A DNA stretch of 64,000 nt from Bigelowiella natans CCMP2755. Its lineage: Eukaryota > Protista > Cercozoa. The notes below the pieces were generated by a model. That model made no database searches and had not been told where the DNA came from. It was given only the letters and a program-made list of their open reading frames with translations. The stretch spans positions 8,261-72,260 of the forward strand of contig ADNK01000452.1 in NCBI GenBank assembly GCA_000320545.1, given 5' to 3'. Of the stretch, positions 1-12,993 are shown one piece after another. The position numbers and the translations under genes are program-made. Numbering within the stretch: position 1 is the stretch's first letter; the number at the start of each line of letters is the position of its first letter.

Positions 1-928
1 CAAGCACCGAGAGAAGAGCGGCCATCGAATCATTACTGGAGGCGGCGATGATGATGAGACTTTCCGTAGCACCGAAGAAGCGTCGGTAGGAGCAGCAGCA
101 GCAGCAGCAGCACCCCCTCCCCAAGTAACACAAACGTCCTCAGTCTGCTCGGAGATGGACGAGGTGAAGAGACGGGCGTCCGATCTGCTGCTGAAGCTAT
201 CGGCGATTGCAGGTTATGTGTGTTTTCTTTTGGTGATGAGGAGGAGGAGGAGGTTAACACGGTAGATAGATGCTGAACAAACGAATTGCCCTCACGAGTA
301 GTCTGTTGGCATAGGAACGGCTAGCGTGTGCCTGAAGTGGGGGGGGCGGGATGTCGTCGTGAGGCAAGTTGCCCGTGAGGAAGAGGCAGATCTCACGCCG
401 GAGAGGTTTGAGAAGGAATACGATGTCCCTAAGGTAGCAAGTGCTCTAACCCCCCCTCCTCCTTCTCCTCCTCCTCCTCCTCCTCCTCCTCCTCCTCCTT
501 CTCATCGCCATTGTTGACGATTTTCTCTTGATTGTCAGGTCCCTGTTATAGTGCAAAGAGCAACACGGTCATGGAGAGCAGCTGTTGCGTGGAGGAATAC
601 ACGCGAGCTGGAGATGAGGTGTGATGATGATGATGATGATGACGATGATGATGAGTGAGAAGGAGGAGGAGGAGGAAGAGAAGGAGGACAAAGGGGAAAA
701 CAGCTTGATTGGCAATAGAAATGGCCATCTTTCTGCTCCTATGATGCCATGACCATAGTAGCAGTGAGACGACTAAGATGTTGCTTGTTAAACGGCAACA
801 ATACTAAACTTCCGCCCCCCTCCCTACGTCTATGAATTATTAGGCTAAGATGGGCGCGGGTAGGAGGTAGCAACAGCGGATAAATGAAGAACATAAATAT
901 GAGCTATAACCTATTCGTAGTAGCAATG

Positions 929-959
<31 letters not shown>

Positions 960-1202
960 CCAGTCCACATTCTGTTCTATAGTGCCCAGCTGCTGGCGCA
1001 TATCGCAAAGCTCCTTTCCCTCATCATTCCCCCCGTCCTCCTCGTGACAGGTAGCACACTGGGGGGCCCCGTTCTATTCCCGATGTTGACAAAGCACTTC
1101 CTCGAGGCGTATTGCCCGAAGTAATAAAGAAGGGCTGGTGGTGGTGGTAGTAGCCTCCATGCATGACTGTGCGCACGCGATGTGAGTGTATGAGAGAGAA
1201 AT

Positions 1203-1250
<48 letters not shown>

Positions 1251-2404
1251 ATGTGTGCGTATGTGTTTGCTAATACATGCATCCTTATTCCTTCATTCAC
1301 GCATCTTCAAGGCAGCAGGATGCGACCCCTCTCTACCTCTTCGAGGAAATCCCACCCGGGGTAGAAGTGAAAACAACGATCAATGACATGATATTGATGA
1401 TGAGGAGGACGAGGAGGAGGACAGTAGTGCCAGTCAGTGTGGCAGCTATAGTTGCTGCTGCTGCGGCTGATGATGATGATGATGATGATGATGATAGTTC
1501 TACTAAGTATCTACTAAGTAGAGCATGATGATCGTAAATATCATGTCACTTCAACAACTCTCTCCAATTTTAAAGGAGAATCAATGTACGTCTTCCCTTT
1601 CTCTTCATTGCTCACAACCACAGTCAGAACTCGCTGGCGACTATAGCGTCCCTGCGTTTCTTCCCTACGATTATCTTGAGCTTCTAGGTGCTCTTGAGAA
1701 TAACAATGATTGCATGTGTGAGAGGGGGGGGGGGTCACGGCAGTTAGGTAATCGGGAGTGGGTTATTCATGGTGGACTGTATGGCGACGATGATACTCGT
1801 GAAGATGGGGAAACGATTATAGTGGTGGAGAAGGCAAGATCAACAGAGAGAAGGGAGAAGGATCACACTGGACGGGCACCGAAATCTATCGAATCCCGCT
1901 TCTGATTCTGCTTATTTTACCTTTTGTACCTGGCTGGCAGGACCTCCGCAACGTCGACATCGTCCTCCTCCGTCTTCCCCTCCATTACCTCGTCTTCATC
2001 AGCATCTTAGGCAGCAGCAGCAGCAGCATCAGCAGCAGCATCAGCATCATGACCTCCAGCCAGTCTACCAGTGGCTCGTAATAGGGCCGACATGCTCTGG
2101 GGCCGGTCAGAAGTCGTCGTCGTCATCATCATCACCATCGTCGTGTATTGTCGCCTGAGAGAGAACTCCGACAATCAATTTAAGCGACGATCATTTGATA
2201 TGATTATGATGGTGCTGCTGATGGTGGTGGTGGTGGTGGTGATGAATGATGCTAGAAAACTCTTCCTGTGCGTCCCACGAGTTGGAACAGTCTGAATGCG
2301 AAGGAACGATGCATTCGAGCTGATCTGTTGACCGGAATTAACCTCGAACCGCTGCTCAGCTTTCTTCTCCTTATTCCCCGACCTCGCCATCCTACTGCTG
2401 CTGC

Positions 2405-2440
<36 letters not shown>

Positions 2441-3840
2441 CAGATTTCCACGTGGATCCAATCAACACCTCCGCCTGGAACGCGCTGCTCCAGGGTGAAA
2501 AGGTAGCTGTCGCCGGCAAAGCTCATCAAATCTCGTTATCTCGTTTAGAAAAGACCCTTTTTCCCGTCCTAACGACCTCCCCCCCCCCCCCTCCCCGGGT
2601 CCTCTTCCTTCTTCCCCCTCCCTCTATCATGGCCTTCCTTCATTAAAGCTTTGGATTCTCAGCCCCCCAAGCCCCCAGAGTCCTCCTGCTGCTCTTGGAA
2701 GCTGTACTCCATCCTGCTTGTTTTTTACCATAAGTATAGTGATTTTGTTGGCCTGAAATGCAATCTGTGCATAGCAGGGAGGACGACGACGATGACGACT
2801 ATGGAATTCCTGAAGCACATAATGACCCGGTTTGCGTTTAATTGTGTGGGCAGATGTGCACGAAAACACTCACACCTATGATTCTCTCAAAAAGTTGGCA
2901 ATGGTCGTGGTCACATAGCGCCGCAGCCTCTTTCGCCATCTACATATATACTCTTCCACTCATCATTGAAGAAGTATTTGTTTGGGAGTATCAACCGCGA
3001 TGCTGATGTCATATTTTCTTTGATGTGGTCCAGGGATGCTAGTAGCATCGATAACGGCAGCAGGGACAGCGGGAGGGAGGAAGAGGAGGGGGAGGGGGGG
3101 GACGGAGGAGAGGGAGAAAAAGAAGGACGGGAGATGGAAATCTTCATCTTCATCCAGAAGAAAGGTGACTTAGCAAACTCAACCCCTCGGCTATTGTGGC
3201 AGCAGAGCAGCACAACACGCAACAACGTCCATAGTTTCTCCTTTTTACGTCTGGGCTGCTTTGCCGGTCCACCAATTTCCCCCCATCTACACGTAAAATA
3301 ATGTCCAGAGGGACCACAGAGCGGGAAAGGGAGCAAGGGAGAGAATCTGTGCCTTTATTTTTTATCATGCAGCATTATCCTACCATCATCATCGTCATCA
3401 TCGTCACATCATCGTCCACTGCTTTGACCCTCCTAGGTGAGGTTGTCTTTGTACCCCGTGGCTGGTGGCATGCCACCGTTAACATGACTTTCACTGTTGC
3501 CGTCACTGGAAACTTCGCTAGCGGTGCGTCGATCCGGGAAGGTAATAACAACTAGCCGTGTTGTTACATAGTCGACGCTACGGTGAACGTGCTATTGTTT
3601 GAGAAAGAACTTACTGAACATTTTTCTTTGGGCTTTCCCTGCGCGCGCAGGGGATATTTGCCTCCGTTTACCTGCTGTTGTCTTTGGAGATATAACTGAG
3701 ACCGATACGCATTTGTCTTAGGTACTATTGAGATGTTGAGCAACACCGCTCCGGTGGTGGCCGCAGCTCTCCATGAAGAAATTAGGCAACTGACTGGAAG
3801 AAAATCATCGCAGCAGTTATGCAATGTCTCAGCTAGTTAG
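1..3840 (+). CDS. JmjC-domain 2OG/Fe(II) oxygenase, JMJD6-like; multi-exon, 5' end outside window
   Basis: Spliced exons read LTPERFEKEYDVPK|VPVIVQRATRSW, DATPLYLFEE, DYSVPAFLPYDYLELL, PVYQWLVIGPTCSGA|DFHVDPINTSAWNALLQGEK|LWILSPP and FIQKK|GEVVFVPRGWWHATVNMTFTVAVTGNF. The HxD...H triad is present and the motifs match the JMJD6 family. Stop TAG at 3838-3840. Confidence 0.88.
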
Positions 3841-5224
3841 ATGCAAGTAGACAATGGAGGATGGCTAGATGAATCTCACTTGTTAGCTTAATTGCAACTG
3901 CATTCCTTTCATTCAGTACGTGTAGTACTAGAGTACCCCTAGTCGATCCTCCTAGCTAGTACAGTACACTAGACTATTGTAGTAGATAGCTAGATGGTCA
4001 AGATCGCACCGCCATGCACTACTAGACTAGTGCATGCGACAATGATGTAGCTAGACATAACTTTTCCTTTGACACATCTAGACATGCATCATGTGTAGTG
4101 TTCATGAAGCGCTGCACTTTTGCTTTTTCTCGATCTGCACATGGTGCGCGTGGCACAATAGACAAAGTAATATCATATATACTATATACAGCTACATCAG
4201 GATGACCATTGAAAAAATTTAATTCTTCATTACATCCGTCTCATATACATGTGGTATTACGTGTCTATATGGCGGGTATTTTTTAGGCACTACGTACACA
4301 CACTGGGAACATGATTGAGGATGTGATGACATAGCACATGCACCACATCTGACACATAGCAACATGATGTAATGTGCAATACTCAAATGAGAAATGAATA
4401 GCGTCCATCATTAGTGCTTGCGCATCTAGATCTACGGCACGACATGCCGACAAATTAATGTAGAAATACGTTACGTTTGGTACATTCTTAAACACATCCT
4501 GCTATTACTAGAGCATATCGGCAAAATTTTATCACTGCGTCCATCGCACCCATTCAACTGCATATCTTCATAAGTTTAAAAAAACGTGATATAATAATGC
4601 ACGGAGTATGTATCTACGCATGGAGGCATTATTGTGATATAATTGGTCTGAAAAATAGGCAAAAAATTATATGGACGTTCGCCCCCTCTATATTTTACTG
4701 GATTCACGCGGCCTGCAATAATTTCCCCCCAGAAATATGTGGCCCACGCTCGTATTCTCATTCAATTATTGCTATATATGTATATCTTCCAAATGCTGCA
4801 ACCGTCGTCGAGCGCTTCCGTGCAGGGCGGACCGACCGACCCGGTTCAAGTAATTGAAAAGTTGACTATAGTACGGTATTAGTAGTAGTGGTAGTTGTAG
4901 TAGGGAGTTCTGATATGATACCAGATATGTGCTATGCATCAGATTGTTATGGGGTTTCCCACACCATGGACATGCGTTACCATCGACGACCTGCTTCTTG
5001 TCCGTCGTCGTCCGGATGCTATGCTTGCTTGGTGTGGTGGTTGTTGCAGGGAAGAGATGCGGAGAAGAATATTGCTGTTGCTGTTGTTGTTGTTGTTGTT
5101 TTCTCGGATTTAAATGGAAAAACGGAACCGATGGTATCTTTCTGCTGATCATCGATCTCTGCCCGCCTCCAGGTGAATATTGGAACGGCTAGTAGACTCG
5201 GCTAGTAGACTCTAAGAACTAAAT

Positions 5225-7022
5225 TTACTGATGATCGTGCCTCATGAAGGTGTCCAAGCTTGATAACAAGCTGTTCTTACCCAGAAGGCCCTTTTGCAAA
5301 TTTGAATCAAAACCGAGCCCCGTGCTTGATAGTAAGCTATCGCCTCCCAGCTCCGCATCGAGAGATGCGCCAAATCCACTGTGTTTCGGGAATTCAAGTT
5401 GAGGCCGATTGAGCTGCTGGTGTTTCAGCTGCATTTGTTGTCGATGACGCAGTTGTTGCTGTTGCTTTTGTTGGCGCTGTTTCTGTAATTGATGGTGCAT
5501 CATAGGCTCCTTTTTCGCTCTCACTGAGCCCCTCTTTGTTCTGCTTTCACGCTTTGAAGACCTTCCATCTTTCATACTTTGGGTCTTCCAGACCGTGTCC
5601 AGCACTCCCATGCAACTGGGGTTCTGATGGACCCAGAGCAATAGACGCGCGGTTTGTTTTGGGTGGAGAATCTTGGACGTGATTTGCTCCAGAATTCCAT
5701 GGCGTTTTGTGAGGTGCTTCGAAATGTCCTTCTGGAGGGAGGCTATCTGGCCCATCAGAAAGTCCAAGTCTTTTTTGAGATCGCGAGCACGATTCTTGTG
5801 AGAATTGATCTTGTTCAATTGAGTCTTTGTCAATTTAACTTCGGAGAGCAAACTTTTCATCATATTATCATTTGAAAGCTGGCTCCCTTGTTGAAGCACC
5901 CATAGAGCAAATTTTGTGTCCACACCTGGAACCAGACTCTCTCGAAGGCTTTGTATCTGTTGAGAACAGGCGTCATCATTTTTAACAACAAATAGTTTTA
6001 GTCGAAGTAGGGTCACCTGAGACCCACTGGTCTTTTGGCGTTTTCGGGAATTCGTAGTGAATGCGGAGATACAGCTCTTCATATCTCGCGACACATCCTC
6101 ACTGTTGGATTTTGCGACAAGCTTCTGAAGCTTTTCCAGGATCTTTTGCTGTTCGTTCTTATGGTTCGCCATTCTATCGAAAGCTCCACTCTTCTGGCGC
6201 TGATTTTTACGTAATGACTTCGTTTAATATTATTCAAATTTTTAACTTCATTTCATTTTATTTCGGGAAGAATCAGATTACCTTGTTGCTGAGAGCGGAT
6301 AGCTGCTCCGAGAGCGCCTTGGCTTTTTCCTCCAAAGATTGAATATAGGCTTTCTTTCGTTTCCGACACTGTCTTGCTACTTCTGCCTTTCGAGCTTTCC
6401 TCTTTTTGATTTTGTCGTTGGAATCACCACTGTCATTGTTGTCTGCTAATAAAACCACAAACGAAACATCAGCAACTTCCCGTTCGTAGATGTAATAAAC
6501 CATGGTTTGTCATTTTCTTTTCGATGGTGTTCTACCTTGTAACTGTTGCAAGTCAGGGCAACTTGAAGAACTCCTTAATCCAAGAGGCTGCTGGGGAGTG
6601 GGTCCAGGCTCCCCAACGGAAGCGGCACCTTTCTTTAGTTTAAGATTTCCAATTTTGTTATCCTGAAAATGGTAGTGCCGTGTCATTTCTGCTTCGCAAA
6701 CAAAAAATTCTATAAAGATGAGCACCTGTGATTCCATCGTGTATAGGTCAAAGCTCGAATCTAATTCGTTCAGTACTGCATGGGACATCGAACGCTTCAA
6801 ACCGGATGTGGGAGGGTTCGAATTAAACAAGGAACGATGCGCACTCATTGTAAGTGTATCACTTGACGATGGCGGACCAGATAATCGCATATCATCATCA
6901 GCTGGTGAAAATAAGGAATTTGATCCCAGGTTATTTGAATTGTTAACTGAAGAGTAGTTTTCGCTGGACGGCCCTAAGCCGAGGTGGCCGACGGATGGAG
7001 AGAACAGCATCGGGTCGAACAT
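5225..7022 (-). CDS. bZIP transcription factor with helical (DOG1-like) C-terminal region; about 4 exons
   Basis: Basic region and zipper KKRKARKAEVARQCRKRKKAYIQSLEEKAKALSEQLSAL (~6285-6410). Downstream ILHPKQTARLLLWV motif and Gln-rich tail. Three ORFs joined by short GT-AG introns. Confidence 0.85.
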
Positions 7023-8666
7023 GTTTTAAACCGAGGAAAATCTTGAACCCTCAAGGTACAGGACAGTATAGATGATAATACGGAATGCAGGGAAAATTGA
7101 ATGACAATTTGGACCCAATTGGCTTAGATTCCTTTGAGGACTCCGAACAGATGCCAGGTAATTCTCTCTCTCACACAACTCGAATGCTTTCCTCTGCCCC
7201 TCCTCTTACGCAGTTGGACTACGATGGAAGTATTTATTGAAATGCTAGAACCCTCAGATAAAAAATAACGGGAAGGGGAGAGCTGATCTCTGTACAATGA
7301 AACGAAGAAAAGGGGGGGGCAGAAGCAGAAGGCTATTTTCTTCTTCCCTTCTGGGTTTTAAGATTTTGTGTCTTTTCGTTGGTCGTCCAAATTTCCCGAA
7401 AATGTTATTTTCTTGGTGCAAAAGTTAGTCGTAAGATATTTCCATGCTATATTTTGTTAATTCGAATTCGACCCATGCCGTTGGACGTGCATACTTTTTT
7501 GCATCAGCGCGACAAGGTACAATTTTTTTTGTTTGTTTAGACGTTCTTCATTAAATAGGAGAACAATAATTAAGAGGAATTTGTGTAAATAGATTGCTAC
7601 AATTTGCCATCAAAATAGAAAAAAACCAGAATACTATGTTGTCTCATTAATTTATTTGGAATATTTTTGTAAAACTTTCCAGCATATATATTATTTGTAG
7701 ATCTCAAAATATTTATACCAAATAGACTGAGATTTGCATGAATATAGGAAATTCCCGGCATTTTCTCTTTTCTTTTCTCTATATGAGCAAAGTAAATGAA
7801 TCTAGCTTTCAAGTCATTTTAACCCCTACTAAGTCCATGAAAAATGGTCTAGTTTGTACCAAGTTGATCTAACTTTAGAGTGGATCCTTCTCTCTAAGTT
7901 CTCTCGCAAAGTTAAACTAGTTTGAGATATAAATTGTGCGAGGAAAAAAGGACTCATAGAAAATTCCCCATTGATTTAGCATTAGTTTGTCACATGAAGA
8001 AGCTATCTTTTGAAAAAAACTCTATATTTATTCTTGAAAAGAGGCAATGGAATCCATGAAAATGCTTACAATCAACAGTCAAATCAAAAAGGAAGCCTAA
8101 AATAAGTAAGAGTACAACTCTGTTACCAACACTCACGCACAACCTTAAAAGCGACTATTTTTAATGAACGCTAACATTGGATTTTTAAAAATACTATAAA
8201 ACGCATAGATTATTTGATCTATTTTATTTTTGACTGTGCTGGGTTTTGCCTTTTCACAACCAGAAGAAGTGGCAGATTTCAGCAGCCATAAATTTCCTTT
8301 TCTTGTAGATAATCACAGTTACTGCCGGCATTCGGAGGAGAAAAGACGAAGAAAAGAGAGTTAATGGCATCACGGGCGGGAAGGAAAGGCTCTCTCCCGG
8401 AATCTCAGCAAAAGCGCCGACGAATAAATAAAAAATGAATTTAATATCTCGGCTAAAATTTGAAGGCCGCAGAAAAATACAATAAGCACAGGATAAATAT
8501 ATCCAAACTAAATTTATCGAAAATCACCAGGAAAAAGTAAAATTGCATGACATTATTTCACTGCGTCATCGAAAATGTAAGTCGCTTAAGCTTGATCAGA
8601 ATATTCTCTTGTTTTCGTTGCTCTGAATCCTACAAAATCTCAACGGCCATCAACCGATTTATCACA

Positions 8667-9406
8667 ATGGCTACTGAACAGGTGCGTCCAGAACCTTCAA
8701 TCTCAGATGATATATTGACCTTTCCCTCTGCTTTCAGATGTCATACCGAGAACTCCAAGCTCTAGCTAAGGAACATGGAATTCCTGCAAATCAGAAGAAA
8801 GTGATTCTGGTTGAGAAATTAGCGGAACTGGAAAAATCCAATAAAGAAAATAAGGAGAAGTCCTCTAACACAGCCCCAGTTAAAAGCAACAAGGTATCGA
8901 AAAGCGAGAAGGAACGTTGCGCAAAAAAACTTCCGCGTGAATCATTGGGAAAGGAGGTGTGGAAATGGGCAAAAAACGAGGGGGAAGAAGTCCTTAAAGG
9001 TTGTGTAATGGCAACTATCAACCAGGTTGAGAAGATGAACGAGGATAAGCCGGACATAATCTCCTTCAAAGATTGGAACCTAGAAGAAATGACTAAAAAA
9101 CCTAAAGAAAACACTCACATTCGATTCGTTTACGATAAAAACGGCGAAAAGATCATAGGAGAAGAGAAGGTTGAAGATGAGGATGTAGAGGATGCAAAAT
9201 ATCCTGTGGTTCAGGATGAGCCTGCCGCTGAAGATGAAGACGACGAAGAGATCAATGAAACCGTCGAGAGAATGCCAGATCCTCCTGCAGAAACTTTCGA
9301 GCCGCGATCGCTTACAGATGCTCGATCACGCGCAAGTGGATGTCTTCCTCCAGGATCAATCTCTGTTGAGGGTGCTCCTGGTCCAAATCATAAACGACTC
9401 GATTAA
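8667..9406 (+). CDS. Protein with N-terminal SAP-like helix-extended-helix motif and acidic tail
   Basis: Exon 1 MATEQ (8667-8681), intron 8682-8737, then MSYRELQALAKEHGIPANQKKVILVEKL, which resembles SAP/NuSAP N-terminal motifs. Confidence 0.65.
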
Positions 9407-9429
9407 TACCGAAAGCTTATGAGACAATC

Positions 9430-10460
9430 TGCATAGTGTTTAGTGCTCTATATATATGATAGACCAATAAGGTGCCAAGCAGAGACAGCATTGGCACCTT
9501 ACACTGGCTGCAGCATTTTATTTAATTAACACCTACAACCGTGATCACGGGGAGTTAATACACCAGCATTAGATACACGATGTGCTCGTCGTATGTAGCG
9601 TACAGCAAGACAATCTAAAGCTGTGCACCCTCACACCGCTAACATATGTTCGTTGAGTTATGATTCGAGATGAGCGCTACATGAGACGTGCTAGCGTGTA
9701 CTAAGTATACCGTATGTTGAGGCACTCTCGTCCGCATTTATTGATGACTAAGTAGTAGCAGCACACATTACTGCCAGAGTTACTTATGAATCCCGACGCA
9801 CATGTGTAGTTATAGGTACATATGAACTACATGATGTACACATGAAGTAGACGGCATACACGTATAGGGACATTTATGTCCATATAAGCAGTCTGGGCAT
9901 ACAGAGTCAACTAAGAGCGTGAATAATACAACATGTCTGATGAGACCTACGTATACACAACAACATTGTTCTGCTAACGACAATGCTAGAATGATGCGGC
10001 GATGCGGCATGCTAGCTAGCTAGCATGGCTTGCTTGCCAAATGAGCAAGCTATCATCTAGTCATGTTTACATTATTATCGTTGATGTCACGTCGCCAGCG
10101 GAAGTCTAGAAGTCAGCAGACTAGCAGACGCCATGCTAGCTAGCTAGCATGTAGCTAGCATGCTAAAATGCTAGTATTCTCCTGCAAGCCTGCTAGCCTG
10201 GTTGTTGTTGCATGCTAGCATGCATGTATTCGTTTAATTGCTACTGCAGCAACCAGCATCTAGGCATACATATCTAGCACTAGCTAGACTAGAGCATATT
10301 TACGTCTTAGAATATCTTAAGGACGGGTGGGAAGCAGCAAACAAACTAGCAAAGCTAGAAAGGCCTTCCTAGCTCCGGTGTATAGCTAGATAGGTGGGGT
10401 TCATCCAGACTAGCAGAACCGATCAACAATAAACAATAAACCTGTAGTCTAGCATGTTAA
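9430..10460. other. CTAG/CATG/GCTAGC-rich non-coding tract between convergent genes (one of about 7 in the window)
   Basis: Dense gctagc, gcatgc and tagcta words, e.g. atgctagctagctagcatgg at ~10009-10028 and gctagctagctagcatgtagctagcatgc at ~10135-10163. Confidence 0.75.
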
Positions 10461-10482
10461 AAGTACAATTTTCATCATCATA

Positions 10483-11564
10483 TCATTCATAAATTTCAAC
10501 TCTATTCAAGCCTGTGTTGAATTGGCGGGTTCCGGTTTTCGGTTTATCCTTAAAGAGGACTTGCCTATGACGCATCTCATCTGGTGCATCTACGTAACCA
10601 ATACCCCGTTCAGCTCTCTTGCGCCTCATTTTCTTCCTATAACGGGCCCTGCGGTAGCGTGTTCCAGACTTCAACTTTTTGTCCCTGCGCATCATCCACG
10701 CCAAATCATCCGGGCGCAGCTTAGTCGAGTCAATGGCTCCCTCAGTTGGTAGTGCGTCAACTTCTACACCGGCGGCATTGTCGTCATATTCATCATCGTC
10801 TGAGCTTGCACCCTCCTGTAGCTCCTCGTCGTGCGCTCCCTGCAGATGTTTGGAGAAAGAGCGCGAGCGCATCTTTATCTTACGTATTTTGTGGTTTCGC
10901 ATGTCGCACGCATACACGATGCCGGAAGGGTGCGCTGCTAATCCAGCAGGCATGTTGAACTTAGCGTGTTGCCCGACGCCGTCGTGCCACCCGCGGGAGA
11001 AGTTTCCGCCTAAATATACGTTCGTTCAGTCAAATCGTCAACTTGTCCATGTACACGAAAACAACCGCTGCGCCTTACATCCATACCCCCTTCCCTTCGA
11101 GCTTACCCCCATCCTTTTATCTAATCCAATTCCCTAGGTACCTTTCGGGGGACGGCCGGCAAGACAGTGCATAGCACCGTCAACGCCAATCTTCCAAATT
11201 GCATGACGGAGGCTATCGGAGACGATGATGTCACGAGTCCCGTTCACTACAGTTACGCCTGCTTGCCGTATCATTGCGCCGTGTCGATTCCTTTGAATCT
11301 TGTCGTGGTACGTTGTATTTAGTTCACTTTTCTGCCCAAGAATCTCCAGCTTCGTGCCCATGATCTCCTCTGTGTTGAACCCGGGCTTCACCCGTATAAC
11401 CTGATCTATTGAAGCCGCAACAAGACTACTATCGTGCGGATCAAAAGCTAAACCGTAAGGGCAATAAAAGTTGGATTTCTGTGACGTGTTCTTCTGCATC
11501 GCGAGGGCACGGAGGTCATACCTAAGTTAAAAGACAGACCGGTACCATGAGCGACAAATGTGCG

Positions 11565-11601
<37 letters not shown>

Positions 11602-12957
11602 GGGGGGGAGAGAGAGTTACGCATTCGAGAATATAACACATGAACTTTTCCATCCTCGTCCTCCCCAAGAATCAACATAGATGACATGTCACTAGAGTGG
11701 ACATTCAAAATTGCATTTGCGGTCAAAACGTACAATCGGGGTGTCGCAGGGAGCCATTGTCTCGAAGACTCCTCCAGCCTCTTCACAACTCCGTCGGTTG
11801 CATCAATAGCAAAGATGTTGCCTTGGCCGTCACTCGTGATGCCCAGCGGAGAGATACCAGGGAATTCGTCCGAGCTCCTGACGTTGAAGAGCAAGCCACC
11901 CTCTGCGTGCCCGCCCTCCCACACGTCCTCGTCCTTCACGGGGACAGGATGTGATTCGATTTTGTACCGAATCACGCTGGTCACCATCGAAACAAAGATC
12001 TCCCCCTTGTGGTTAACCGTTAGGGAACGACACCGTCCGAGGGGGGTCGGAAGCTTGATCGTGGCTCGCGTGCGGCCGTCGTTGGAGATGCGCAGGATCT
12101 GCGTCCCGGAGCCCTTCTCGACCGAATCGAGGATGAAGACATCCGACGTGTTGTGGTGATCCACGGCGACATCCTGCGGGAAGCTGTCAAACTCGATGTA
12201 AGTGGCCTTCTTGGTGCTCATCGTTTTGCCGTAGTAGCCCGTGATGAGTCGCTTGCGAGTCGTCACCTTTGTGTACGTGGTGACAAAGGGGGAGACCGCT
12301 TTGGAGATGATCGCCTGCCCCTTGAGGACGGAGCTGCCGGCTCCTTCTACTTCAAATCTGCAAACAGACTCCATGGCCTCACGCAGGAACACCGGGAGTG
12401 GCACTTCACCACGAAGCTCATTGATCACACGATCGCCGCCGCCGCCCTGAATATCGTCTGCGCCATCCCGTCGTTCCATCGTCGAGGAGAGAAACAAGAT
12501 CGAGAGCTCGGGGACTTGCAGTGACCAGAGCTGAGAGAACACAGACCTCAGGTCCAGCCGCACGTCTCCCACCACAAAAAATGAGGATGACGACGCCGCC
12601 GCCGGTGAGGAGGGATGCTGATTCTCCGCGTCGTCATGTTCGGTACGACGAGAAAGCGCCACAGTAACCGTCTTGGAGAACCCTTGATGCGTAGCCAATG
12701 TGGTCGCCGTCGGAGTGGCTTCTGTGCCTCCTCCAAGACTAATGTTGCCTGCACTGAGTTCCAACCCCACTGCGTAGCTGTGAGAGTCGCCGCCACCGCT
12801 AGGCTGACGGTGATAAAGTGCTGCTGCTGCGGTGGCTTTCTGCACATGAAATGCCACCTTTATTTGAATGGCGGTCACTCCTCGTGCTATCAGTGAGCGG
12901 AAACTCTCAAGGATGCTGCTGTGCTGCAGCGATAATGATGATGCCTATAATATGTGC

Positions 12958-12993
<36 letters not shown>

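Noticed and set aside
4790-5212. Possible small + strand gene and a 13-bp tandem duplication (cggctagtagact x2, 5186-5212)
   Set aside because: I could not build a convincing spliced frame, and the duplication is trivial.
8375-8464. E2F-like GGCGGGAA and CHR-like TTTGAA upstream of the SAP-like gene
   Set aside because: These short words are expected by chance and there is no TSS or conservation evidence.
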